Position numbers and translations under genes: made by a program. This document shows positions 17,236-26,205 of a DNA stretch of 44,183 nucleotides, piece by piece. Origin of the DNA: Myxococcales bacterium. GTDB lineage: Bacteria; Myxococcota_A; Polyangia; Polyangiales; Houyiibacteriaceae. Location of the stretch: NCBI GenBank assembly GCA_020351445.1, contig CP070713.1:3217654-3261836 (forward strand). Reading direction: 5' to 3'. The notes under the pieces were generated by a model. It saw nothing but the letters and a program-made list of their open reading frames with translations, had not been told where the DNA came from and searched no databases. Position 1 is the first letter of the stretch. Each line of letters begins with the position of its first letter.

Positions 17236-18249
17236 ATGTCAATCACGCTAGACTCAGTGTCGCCTGATGCGGTGGACGCTTACGGCGGCAAGAAATTGAT
17301 AATTGACGGGGATTTTTCCGAGCATGTGGGACAGGATTTCGAGGTGGTTTGTACTCCGAGACTCCCTGGCGAATCAGTTTTGGCGCTGACCGGGAAACCG
17401 GGATCCCCGAGAGTCATTCAGCCGCTAAATGCGGGGCGGATGATTTGCTACACACCGCGGCTGATTGCATCGGTGCTCAAAACGCTCGAGGACCCTCTGG
17501 ATAGCGATCTGGGGTATTGGCGTCTAGATACGTCGTATCCAAGCGCAATCAATTTTTCTGGGGGCATTGCCACCGTCCAGGGCGCCGCATATGCGGAGAT
17601 CTCAGGGTGGTCGGCCATGAAAAACTACGCGGTGATCGTTGACGCGAGGCACACTAGCCCCGCGGTTGGGGATGACGGATGGTTTGGGCCAGGAATTCTT
17701 GCCCGAGGGAACTACTTCGCCGCCGATGCTCACGGTTACGCTGCTTTGATCAACACTCTGGATTCCAACGCCTATGCTGTCAAAGCGATAAACGGCGTTT
17801 TCTCGATCAACACGTACCCAGTTACGCCGACGCTTGCTCATAACACATGGTATCGCCTGGACTACCGCGCACGTTCACTTGGAGGGACGACGGTAGAGCT
17901 TGAGTTCCGCGTTGACGGCAACCTGATATTTTCGGAGCAGCATTCAGACGGCGCGCTGAGCGGCGCTGCGGCGCTAGGGGTATCTGCAACCGGTGCCCAG
18001 ACGGCTGACTTTGACGATATGTTGATCACGTCCCTAACGGACGTGGGGGCTGGCGAGATCGAGCAGGTGATCGCGTATGACCTAACGGTCCGTCTGATTG
18101 AGGATCCAAACGTCTCGGCGACGATAGAGGAAGCATTTAACGCGCTGCCCAGGCAATACAACACTAGTGTTTTTGGCCTGCGAAGCTCTTTGCCACCTAC
18201 CTACAACACAGGCCCTCGCAATCCGGGGCTATTGGAGCAGATCACATGA
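17236..18249 (+). CDS. Baseplate-associated protein with a ConA/LamG-like lectin domain
   Basis: 337 aa. WFGPGILARGNYF...NTWYRLDYRARSLGGTTVELEFRVDGNLIF...ADFDDMLI fits a concanavalin-like jelly-roll pattern. ATGA-coupled to the next gene. Confidence 0.5.
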   Translation: MSITLDSVSPDAVDAYGGKKLIIDGDFSEHVGQDFEVVCTPRLPGESVLALTGKPGSPRVIQPLNAGRMICYTPRLIASVLKTLEDPLDSDLGYWRLDTSYPSAINFSGGIATVQGAAYAEISGWSAMKNYAVIVDARHTSPAVGDDGWFGPGILARGNYFAADAHGYAALINTLDSNAYAVKAINGVFSINTYPVTPTLAHNTWYRLDYRARSLGGTTVELEFRVDGNLIFSEQHSDGALSGAAALGVSATGAQTADFDDMLITSLTDVGAGEIEQVIAYDLTVRLIEDPNVSATIEEAFNALPRQYNTSVFGLRSSLPPTYNTGPRNPGLLEQIT

Positions 18250-20591
18250 CAGCTGCCGTGGGCATGCTCGAGGCCCTGACAAGCGCCATAGGCGAGTCGG
18301 ACGGCGAGATCGGGGGGATACCCTTCACGCGGCTCACAGCGCCTGTCACAGACGGCGTGGCGCTGTCTGCGACCTACACATGGGATGGAACGACAACCAT
18401 TCTGTGCGGGGACACATCCGAGATCGCAGTGGGGGACTGGATCCGCCTGGACGTGGATGGGCAGTATTTCGAGGTGACGGGCGAGACCCCCGATACCTCG
18501 ATCACGATTGACAATCCACAGAGCTTGATCATTCCCACCGGGAGCTCTCAGAGCTCCAAGGCCGTGACCACGTTGCCGGTGGAAAGCACGCTGGACTTTT
18601 CCGAGGACAGCAAGGTGTCCATTGATGGGGCGGTCTACTACTACACAGGCAAAACGGATCAAAGCTTCACGGGGATCTACCACCTGGTAGGCGGGGTGAG
18701 CATTGCGGGTGTGCAACGTTTGCACCGCGTCGAAAGCGTCGTTTACGATCGCAACCGGGACCGCTCCGCAATCGATCTTGTGCGTCGCGCGATGTTGGTG
18801 GACTACGCGGAGGGGGAGGACTTGAACGCGCTCGCGCGCAACCTGGGCGTGCTCCGCCTGGCGTTTCTCAGCGACGACGATCAGTTTCGAGAGATCGTGA
18901 AGGTGCTCGCCTACAATCCCAAGGGCACGCTGTATGGCTTGCAGCTGGCGCTTGAGGGGCTGGTGGGCGCGGGGAATTTCACGATCTATGAGGACCCGAT
19001 CAATTTTCCGGCGGAGGTATTCATCACGCTATCCGCTGCGGCGTTTTTGGCGACGGTGCCCCAGGGGTCAGCCTATCTGTCAGGGGGCGAGCTGGTGGAC
19101 TGGGATAGCCTCACACAGGTTACGGTGGCCTACCCAGCCGCATCCTATGGCGCTGTGCGGCATGTGCGCATGGCGCCGCTGTCCCACGTGACCGATACGA
19201 CATCGGCGTATCCGTCGACCGATCAATATGAGCGCTATCCAGGCTCGGGCCTGAGCAATTTCTACACAACGACTGGGACGGAAGGGACTACGGTTCAGAT
19301 CGTCACGACTGATGGGGGCGCGCTCGAGTTTACCAACGGCCCGATGGCTGTCAATTACGCTTACTATGGCCGCCAGCACACATCCACGCGCGGATCGATC
19401 AGTATGTGGCTGCGCATGCTGGACAACGGCAGCGGGGTGCCCGAGGCCCAGCCGGCGGCTCGCATCAATTGGGGGGACGGCCAATACATGGTCCGGTTTG
19501 TCTGGACGCAAAACGGTACGGGGGGCTCTGCGTCCTGGGATATTGGCTTTGGCGACTGGTCAGGCGCGTTTGGGATAACCCCGCCGAATATCCCGATTGA
19601 CAACGCCTGGCATGAGCTCCGCCTAGAGCGCAGCGGGGATGGGTATATCAGTTGGTACTGGGATGGAGTGCTCCAACAGAGGTTCGCAACGTCCTATTGG
19701 AATCCTCACACGACAGAGGCTATCGGTTTTGGGTACTCGCTGACTCCGACAAGCGCGGCGTCTTGGCGCATGAAGGAATTCCGCATTGACACGGTGCAGC
19801 TGCGGGACTTCTATGCTGCGACACTCACTGATGGGGTTGTAGCGGCTGCGTCGAGGACGCTTACCACAAGCGGCTTCACGTTCCTATCAGCCGACGTGGG
19901 AAAGGGCTTCTCGACGCTCAATAGTGCCGTTGTGAACGCCTATGGGGGTAACAACAACGGCCGCTGGCTGGTGGAAGCCCAGGGGGGAACGACGGTCACA
20001 CTGATCGGCGAGACTTGGACGGGAGCTCTGGTGCAGGGGGCCTTCCCAACGCGGATCACGTTGCCCTTGGATCAGCCGCTGCTGAAATATCCGGATGATC
20101 AGGGAAAGGAAATCGAGATCCTGGGCAGCGGGCCTAACGCGGGGATCTACGTGATCGATGATCTGCTGGATCCGGTGACCGGTACGCCGATTGACAGTGC
20201 AGCCACACCGTTGCCGCAGAAGACGCACCTGTGCACGGTGGTCGGCGCTACGTTCGCGAGCGAGACGGATCTGAGCTTCCGTCTGCGGCCGAATTTCGCG
20301 GCTGAATCGGGGCTTGAGTGGATTTTGCAGGAAGCCGGCTCCATGTCGGGCCAGGTGATCACGATGCGCCAGGGCTTTCCCAATATCCCAAACAACGGGA
20401 AGGCCGCAGAGGTGATCTACGGTAGCGTACTGAGTGCCCAGCTGCTCCGAAATGCGGACGTGGAAAACGCGCTTGGGGCGAGTGGGTTTGACTACTGGCC
20501 GTTTTACCTGGCGGACCCCCTGGGATACGCGCGGACGTATCTATCAGGCGTGACAGCTGCCGGGGTGATACCGAGTTTCGATCTCGACTAG
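18246..20591 (+). CDS. Baseplate wedge/peripheral protein (DUF2313/gpI-like segment plus LamG-like domain)
   Basis: 781 aa. YAEGEDLNALARNLGVLR...DDQFREIVKVL..NPKGTLYGLQLAL resembles the Mu gp48/XkdU family. A later segment, NAWHELRLERSGDGYISWYWDGVL, is LamG-like. The N-terminal 68-aa domain is homologous to the insert in the gpJ-like protein. Confidence 0.55.
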   Translation: MTAAVGMLEALTSAIGESDGEIGGIPFTRLTAPVTDGVALSATYTWDGTTTILCGDTSEIAVGDWIRLDVDGQYFEVTGETPDTSITIDNPQSLIIPTGSSQSSKAVTTLPVESTLDFSEDSKVSIDGAVYYYTGKTDQSFTGIYHLVGGVSIAGVQRLHRVESVVYDRNRDRSAIDLVRRAMLVDYAEGEDLNALARNLGVLRLAFLSDDDQFREIVKVLAYNPKGTLYGLQLALEGLVGAGNFTIYEDPINFPAEVFITLSAAAFLATVPQGSAYLSGGELVDWDSLTQVTVAYPAASYGAVRHVRMAPLSHVTDTTSAYPSTDQYERYPGSGLSNFYTTTGTEGTTVQIVTTDGGALEFTNGPMAVNYAYYGRQHTSTRGSISMWLRMLDNGSGVPEAQPAARINWGDGQYMVRFVWTQNGTGGSASWDIGFGDWSGAFGITPPNIPIDNAWHELRLERSGDGYISWYWDGVLQQRFATSYWNPHTTEAIGFGYSLTPTSAASWRMKEFRIDTVQLRDFYAATLTDGVVAAASRTLTTSGFTFLSADVGKGFSTLNSAVVNAYGGNNNGRWLVEAQGGTTVTLIGETWTGALVQGAFPTRITLPLDQPLLKYPDDQGKEIEILGSGPNAGIYVIDDLLDPVTGTPIDSAATPLPQKTHLCTVVGATFASETDLSFRLRPNFAAESGLEWILQEAGSMSGQVITMRQGFPNIPNNGKAAEVIYGSVLSAQLLRNADVENALGASGFDYWPFYLADPLGYARTYLSGVTAAGVIPSFDLD

Positions 20592-20600
20592 GGGGAAGCC

Positions 20601-23600
20601 ATGAGCACGGATCTTCTGAGAGTAGAGCCTAACCAGCGTGTGGATCACACCGATTTTGACTACATGCTGAATGAGTCAATGACCGCGGCAATGCGGGATC
20701 TGGGGGAAAATTTCCTGCTAGATCCAGACGCCCCTGTGGCGGACCGCGTGCGGATCATTGACGGTTTCGCAATGACAAACCCGTCCGGCAAGCAATTGAC
20801 CGTGACGCTGGGCCGAGCTCTGCTGGCAGAGCGTGTCTCGGGCGTGGTGCAATACGGCGCCCTTGTTGCCAGCGGCGACGCGACGCAGACAATCGACATG
20901 GCGCCGCTCGCGTCCAACACATACGGGGTCTATATCCGCTTTGAGTACGTGGACGCTGAGACCGGCAGCCGCGTCTTTTGGAATCCGAGCGGGGCCGGCT
21001 CCGAATTCACACAGAGCATACCCACGCGGCGCGTGGCCCGGTGGTCCATGCGAGTTGAGCTCGCGTCCCCAGGCGCCGAATGGCTGCAGATCGGGACGGC
21101 GGACAATTCCGGCGGGTCGCTGGTGATTGTGGATCAGCGGGATCTGTATTTCGAGGGGCCCATTGACAATTCCTATCAGAGCGGCTGGAGCTCGGACGGT
21201 GGCGGGATCGCCAATGACCGCAACGCGGATCGGAAAACCTATGGTGTGACCGATCTGCAAACCTTCACATCGGCAATGCGCCAGTGTCTCGAGGACATCA
21301 AAGGCCGGGGGCTCCGCCGCTGGTGGGATCGGGACATAGGCGGTCTGAACGTCGGTTTTGACGCGGATCCTTCAGAGGACACAGTTGCGATCGGGGATCA
21401 GTATTTCAATTTGAATTTCGATGGGACTGACCCGACGATCCAAGTGGATGACGACGATTGGCTTTGGTACGACCGCAGCCAAAATGCTTTCCGCTTCGCA
21501 ATCGGCACGACAACCGAAGTCAAAATTGACGCGTCGGGCTTGTATGTCGGAAATGGTCTTTACGTCGGCGATACCTCGACGACTCCGACAGACAACGACA
21601 TTTATGCAGCGGGTGGGATCAATTGCGGCGGGTCCACGGATCCCACGGCTGGGGATGGTATTTTCACGCGCGGCGTTGTCGTGGGCTTCGACGGCGCCCC
21701 CGCGGATGACGAGCTCCAAATTACTGACTCGCTTTTCCGGTTGTACGTCTCAACGGACCCGTTTATCTATTTCGATGCCAACGATTTCTTGCAGTATGAT
21801 AGGTCGGCCAATGATTTTCTGTTCAAAGTCGGCAACAGTACAGAGCTCAAGATCGGCAACACGGGACTGAACGTCAACAACGGGATTTTCGTCGGCGACG
21901 TGGCCACGGATCCGACTGACAATGAGCTCCGGACGCAGGGCGATATCCACGTAGGCGGGCTACAGCTGTATTTCGGCCTTGCCTCAGACGATTACATCGA
22001 GTTTAGCGACACCACTAACTACTACTCGTTTTGGGTGGATGCCGCTGAGCAAGTCAAAGTCGGCACCCCAGGTGTCCAGATCCTGACCGGGCTACACGTC
22101 GGGGATCTTACGACGGCGCCGACTAACGACAGTATCAAAGCGGTAGGGTCAATCACGGGGAATGTGCTGATCGCCGAAACGATAGTTCAAGCTGGTACGA
22201 TTTTTCAGTTTACCGGTGCAAATGACTATTTCCAAAACGTCGACAACACGCAAATTGACGTTTACGTCAACAACGTGAATGAGGTACGTTTCACAGCCAA
22301 CGGGTTGAACGTCCTAAACGGGATCTATGTCGGTACGCTCACGGGGACGCCGACTGATAATGACATTTATGCCCAGGGTAGCATCGCATGCGGCACCACG
22401 ATTGATGCCAGCGGTGATGCGACTTTTGGCAGTATCACGATGACCGGATTTGACGTGGACGCCAGCGGAAACTGTGACGTGGCCACGCTGGATTCTACAG
22501 GCGCGATCACCGGCTCGTCTTTGGACGTTTCTGATGGGACGGTCACGTGCGGCCGGCTGCTTTTCCACACCGGGGGGTCAGAGTATATCGACTATGACGC
22601 CACCGGCAATTACATGACATTTACTGTCTCGAGCGCTGAGGAAATGCGCCTGGACAGTGACGGGCTGCGCATTCTGAATGGGCTTTACGTCGGGAGTCTC
22701 ACTGGCACGGCCACCGATAATGACATTCTTGCCGAAGGGGACATTTCGGCTGGTGGCAGTTTCATCTGTGACAATATCACTGATCGCTATTTGACTTTTA
22801 ACACAATATCGGGAACGGATGACTACTGGTATCTTGTGCTGAATGGCCAAACTACTATGCGGGGCCAATACGGGACCGGGGTTGATAACGGGGTTATCGT
22901 TTACCAGGGCTTGGTTGTCGGCGATAGCACACCGCCAGCTGGTTATCCTGACTACCCAAATATTTGGTGCTACGGGGACATCATTGCCAACCAGGACGGA
23001 ACGGGGGACTTGTACGCCAGCGCGGGAAACATCGGCTATTGGGGCGGCTCCCCTATCGATCCGAGTTACAGCGACTGGATCGTTGAAACGACAATCAGTG
23101 TCGGCTGGCAGCACGCTACGCTTGGAACTGATGAAATCCAAATCCGGTTGGACTCCTACAAGAACGTAACGCTCAAACACGATGGTACGGATGGATGGAT
23201 CTCTTTCGGTGGGTCAACGGCAGCGTCGACCGCGCGAATGATGATGGATAGTTCATGGAGTGAATTTCTTTTTGAGTCGGGGTCAGGTTGGCCTGATCGG
23301 GCCATGATCTCTGACCGCTACGGTATCCGCTCGCTTGGGGGCTTCCACAAAGGCGGTGAGCACCTAACCGGGAACATGCTCGGCGAGAGGGACGGGACGG
23401 ACTGGGTATGGGCCTACAACAATTCGGGCGTGGCGATGGGCAAGGGTGAGGTGGTAATGATCAACGGGAATTCCATTTCCCGGATCAATATCAAGCGCCT
23501 GGACGGGGTATCGTCAAGCGTGATTTTCGGCGTAACAATGTCCTCGATTGCCAACAATGACGAGGGGCGCGTGGCGGTCGGGGGCCTGGTGAAAGCGCGC

Positions 23601-23771
23601 TGGGGCACGGCAGTCTATACGCAGTACGGCTATCGAGTGGACGCGGGCCCAGGCGGAACCACGTACTTGTCCGGCACAGCGTCGTCCCGCGGAACTTTCA
23701 CCTATGGGATTTACATCGGGGGAGCGGTGGACACTAATTATGGTTGGGTCTACATCAACCATGGGGCATAA
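20601..23771 (+). CDS. Tail fibre protein with five internal repeat modules
   Basis: 1056 aa. The module ...E(V/L)K(I/V)...GL.V.NG(L/I)YVG..T..PTDNDIYA.G.I..GG is repeated five times. It is the last large gene of the structural block. Confidence 0.7.
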   Translation: MSTDLLRVEPNQRVDHTDFDYMLNESMTAAMRDLGENFLLDPDAPVADRVRIIDGFAMTNPSGKQLTVTLGRALLAERVSGVVQYGALVASGDATQTIDMAPLASNTYGVYIRFEYVDAETGSRVFWNPSGAGSEFTQSIPTRRVARWSMRVELASPGAEWLQIGTADNSGGSLVIVDQRDLYFEGPIDNSYQSGWSSDGGGIANDRNADRKTYGVTDLQTFTSAMRQCLEDIKGRGLRRWWDRDIGGLNVGFDADPSEDTVAIGDQYFNLNFDGTDPTIQVDDDDWLWYDRSQNAFRFAIGTTTEVKIDASGLYVGNGLYVGDTSTTPTDNDIYAAGGINCGGSTDPTAGDGIFTRGVVVGFDGAPADDELQITDSLFRLYVSTDPFIYFDANDFLQYDRSANDFLFKVGNSTELKIGNTGLNVNNGIFVGDVATDPTDNELRTQGDIHVGGLQLYFGLASDDYIEFSDTTNYYSFWVDAAEQVKVGTPGVQILTGLHVGDLTTAPTNDSIKAVGSITGNVLIAETIVQAGTIFQFTGANDYFQNVDNTQIDVYVNNVNEVRFTANGLNVLNGIYVGTLTGTPTDNDIYAQGSIACGTTIDASGDATFGSITMTGFDVDASGNCDVATLDSTGAITGSSLDVSDGTVTCGRLLFHTGGSEYIDYDATGNYMTFTVSSAEEMRLDSDGLRILNGLYVGSLTGTATDNDILAEGDISAGGSFICDNITDRYLTFNTISGTDDYWYLVLNGQTTMRGQYGTGVDNGVIVYQGLVVGDSTPPAGYPDYPNIWCYGDIIANQDGTGDLYASAGNIGYWGGSPIDPSYSDWIVETTISVGWQHATLGTDEIQIRLDSYKNVTLKHDGTDGWISFGGSTAASTARMMMDSSWSEFLFESGSGWPDRAMISDRYGIRSLGGFHKGGEHLTGNMLGERDGTDWVWAYNNSGVAMGKGEVVMINGNSISRINIKRLDGVSSSVIFGVTMSSIANNDEGRVAVGGLVKARWGTAVYTQYGYRVDAGPGGTTYLSGTASSRGTFTYGIYIGGAVDTNYGWVYINHGA

Positions 23772-23780
23772 AGGGTGCCC

Positions 23781-24203
23781 ATGAATAGGAAATTGCGGCG
23801 CTTTGCCGCTAGCAAAAGGGGACGGCAGATGGCAGTCAAGGCAGTCAAAGACGGTGAAGCTATTGAGGGGAAAGCAGCCAAGGCGGCGGCTCTGGCAAAC
23901 AATCCCCCGCAACGGGGGAATGCTGAGCAGATCGAAAAGGCGGAACGGGCTGAGCGCCTACAGAAAATCGTGGCTGGGCGGATCCCCCCGCCTAATGAGA
24001 CGGTGGGCTATTTCGTCGGCCAGCTGCGCAAGGTTTTCGCCGAAACGGATCAAGTCAATCGCAACCTACAGCAAGCGCGGGCTGCAGTAGAGCAGGCGGA
24101 GGCACGGGCCCGGGAATTGCGCGGCATGCGCTCGAAGTACCTTGAGGACATCGAAAACTGGGACAAACCGATCGAGGAAACCGAAAAGGAAGGTGAGCAA
24201 TGA
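23781..24203 (+). CDS. Coiled-coil protein, function unknown
   Basis: About 140 aa (ATG at 23781; an in-frame GTG at 23775 is also possible). Basic N-terminus, helical Q/A/E/R-rich body, ATGA coupling to the next gene. Confidence 0.45.
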   Translation: MNRKLRRFAASKRGRQMAVKAVKDGEAIEGKAAKAAALANNPPQRGNAEQIEKAERAERLQKIVAGRIPPPNETVGYFVGQLRKVFAETDQVNRNLQQARAAVEQAEARARELRGMRSKYLEDIENWDKPIEETEKEGEQ

Positions 24204-24757
24204 TCGAGCTCTCAACGCCGCTCAATCCTGGCGACGTGCATCCTGGGGTGGTTTACACGCACGCACGCATGCGCTTCTGCAACATGGATCTGCTGAAGCT
24301 CAGGATCCGCGCAGCCGTGAGCTATGTCTATTTGGCGGGGGACGGCACCTGGCAGGAAGGCCTTGCACCAGCCCTAGACGTGTTGATCGACGGGCCGGAT
24401 TTCCACACGGCAAAAAAGCTCAAAGCGAAAATGCCGAATGGGGACATACTGCGAGAATGGGCGAAAGCGCTCGAGCAATTTCTGGTGGATGAGGGGCTGA
24501 TCAGCGGCCGGGTTATTGATGACGATCTGTTGAACGATCCGCCGCCATTGCTTGAGGGTCAGACGCCCATGCCGTCGCTGAAAAAGCGAACGGATATGAC
24601 GCTGGGCTACCACAAGCCGCCAGAGCAGCGCGCGAAAGAAGCCGCGGCTACAAAAGTGGCTGCTCGGGCTGAAAGGCAGGCTGAGCAGGCCGCAAAAGCG
24701 GCGGCTGCAGGGCCCCCACCAAAGTCTTCGCGAAAGAAAGCCCCAGCCCCGCAGTAA
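24200..24757 (+). CDS. Protein of unknown function with a Lys/Ala-rich C-terminal tail
   Basis: 185 aa. C-terminus EQRAKEAAATKVAARAERQAEQAAKAAAAGPPPKSSRKKAPAPQ. Confidence 0.5.
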   Translation: MIELSTPLNPGDVHPGVVYTHARMRFCNMDLLKLRIRAAVSYVYLAGDGTWQEGLAPALDVLIDGPDFHTAKKLKAKMPNGDILREWAKALEQFLVDEGLISGRVIDDDLLNDPPPLLEGQTPMPSLKKRTDMTLGYHKPPEQRAKEAAATKVAARAERQAEQAAKAAAAGPPPKSSRKKAPAPQ

Positions 24758-24853
24758 CACGCTGCTTTTCCATTCGCCTAGACACCATACCCCCCGTCCC
24801 GCACGTTAGGAGTAGTAGTAACAAGCCCGCGGTTCCGCGGGGGGGAGGTATCC

Positions 24854-25219
24854 ATGCCCACAAGCGAGAAAATCAAGCTCTGGCTGAAGGAATTTCTCTG
24901 GCGCTTTTTCGGCGCGCTTTTCATGGAGGAAAAGACGCTGCCCAACGGGGAAAAGACGCGCGCGGCGTCGCTGCACCGCGTTCTAGCGCTGGTAGCCTTT
25001 GGGACGTGTTTTGCCTTGTGGGTAAGCCCTGGCGGCCTGCAGACGGCCGATCCGGAAGTCCTGCAGGCACTGGCGGAGGCAGGCGTTGATCTCAGCAAGG
25101 TGGCTGAGCAGGCCCAGAGCATACCTGATACGCTGGTGTGGACTCTTTGGAGCCTATTGGGGCTGAACGGGGGCCACAAAATTGCGGCGGTGGTTGCCAA
25201 CGCAAAGGCGCAGAAGTGA
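24854..25219 (+). CDS. Small multi-pass membrane protein (holin candidate)
   Basis: 121 aa. Hydrophobic segments LHRVLALVAFGTCFALWV and LVWTLWSLLGLNGGHKIAAVV, with a charged C-terminus. First gene after the fibre block. Confidence 0.4.
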   Translation: MPTSEKIKLWLKEFLWRFFGALFMEEKTLPNGEKTRAASLHRVLALVAFGTCFALWVSPGGLQTADPEVLQALAEAGVDLSKVAEQAQSIPDTLVWTLWSLLGLNGGHKIAAVVANAKAQK

Positions 25220-25677
25220 AACGCGCCTGGCGCTGGCTGTGCGACTGGGGCGGCTTGCTCATTGCGGCCATTGCGGCCGTAGTGGGCTGGCTGCTCTATC
25301 GCAATCGGGGTGCGTCTGCCCCAGGCGAGAAATTGCGGCTCGAGCTCGCTGCGATTGAGGCCGCCAGGCAAGCGCGAAAAATGCAAGCGGAGCTCGGATA
25401 TGAGGAAACCCTGAGACACGTGAGGGACCGCTATGCCACAGCCTACCGAGCCGCATTGGCAGACGACGCGCGAAAAATTACTGCGTTGGAACGAAACCCA
25501 GATCTACTTGCCAAACGGTTGGCGCGCACCGGGTGTCGTGGTGACGTTCCGCGAAAGCCGCCGCCAGCGGCTCCTACGGGTGGCGACGGGGATCCTGATG
25601 ATCACGGCAACGGTGGTCGCCTTCCTGATTTACACATGCACCGCGCGCGCGGAGGGATACGGAAAGGCGCTGTGTAG
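25216..25677 (+). CDS. N-terminally anchored coiled-coil protein (i-spanin-like architecture)
   Basis: GTG at 25216 overlaps the previous stop (GTGA). WGGLLIAAIAAVVGWLLY is a transmembrane segment, followed by a helical region. From about 25480 on, third-position GC falls and the residues become R/G/P-rich, so the true 3' end is uncertain. Confidence 0.35.
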   Translation: MKRAWRWLCDWGGLLIAAIAAVVGWLLYRNRGASAPGEKLRLELAAIEAARQARKMQAELGYEETLRHVRDRYATAYRAALADDARKITALERNPDLLAKRLARTGCRGDVPRKPPPAAPTGGDGDPDDHGNGGRLPDLHMHRARGGIRKGAV

Positions 25678-26038
25678 TCCCCAGGATCCGGACAGCTGTG
25701 TGTACCTGATTGACCGGGGGGAGCCGGCTCCCTTCACGGGCCACCTGATCACCTACCGGCGGGCGGCTGAGCTCGTGGTGGCCTATGACAATTGCCAGAC
25801 GGTGGCCGGGCTGAGAGTCGCCGAAGAGCAGGCCATATGCCGCGCAAAATTGGCCAGGAGCGCCGCAGACCGGGAATCCCTGGGGGAAGCCCATCTGCGC
25901 CAGCTGGACGTACTACAGAGGCGCCTGGAGGCCATAGAGGGGCCCCAGCCGTGGTGGCAGAAGCCGGGGGCAATCGTCATGGTGGCCGTGGCTGGCATGT
26001 TGACAGGGGTGGCCGGCGGGATCTATCTGACCCGCTGA
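25433..26038 (+). CDS. Cys-rich coiled-coil membrane protein with two hydrophobic segments
   Basis: 201-aa ORF in the +1 frame relative to 25216..25677, overlapping it by 245 nt. GILMITATVVAFLIYTC, then 5 Cys, a coiled coil, and the C-terminal transmembrane segment AIVMVAVAGMLTGVAGGIYL. Internal starts are possible at GTG 25580 and ATG 25598. Confidence 0.45.
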   Translation: MPQPTEPHWQTTREKLLRWNETQIYLPNGWRAPGVVVTFRESRRQRLLRVATGILMITATVVAFLIYTCTARAEGYGKALCSPQDPDSCVYLIDRGEPAPFTGHLITYRRAAELVVAYDNCQTVAGLRVAEEQAICRAKLARSAADRESLGEAHLRQLDVLQRRLEAIEGPQPWWQKPGAIVMVAVAGMLTGVAGGIYLTR

Positions 26039-26205
26039 CCGCATGGTTGTATGCTCCCCGGAGGGTCCCTTTCACAGGTGGTTCTTTGAACGGTGCGCCC
26101 CCGGGGGGCGCCTTCCGCCCGCTTTGTCGACCTGCCACCGGTTTGGGGATGAGTTCAAGAAATGGGGATCACGCCCCCCGTGGGGGGCACAACGAAAGGG
26201 AAAGC

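Noticed and set aside
16405-18563. A diversity-generating retroelement TR/VR pair, to explain the duplicated 204-nt segments in baseplate genes.
   Set aside because: Differences between the copies occur at all four bases and mostly at synonymous or conservative codon positions, not specifically at adenines. No reverse transcriptase gene is in the window. Nucleotide identity is too low for a TR/VR pair.
25792-26205. The upstream part of tracked ORF 25792..26664 (290 aa).
   Set aside because: The N-terminal 138 residues are R/G/P/A-rich and overlap the 25433-26038 gene and a gap containing palindromes. The credible gene starts at ATG 26206, with an RBS and a lipoprotein signal.
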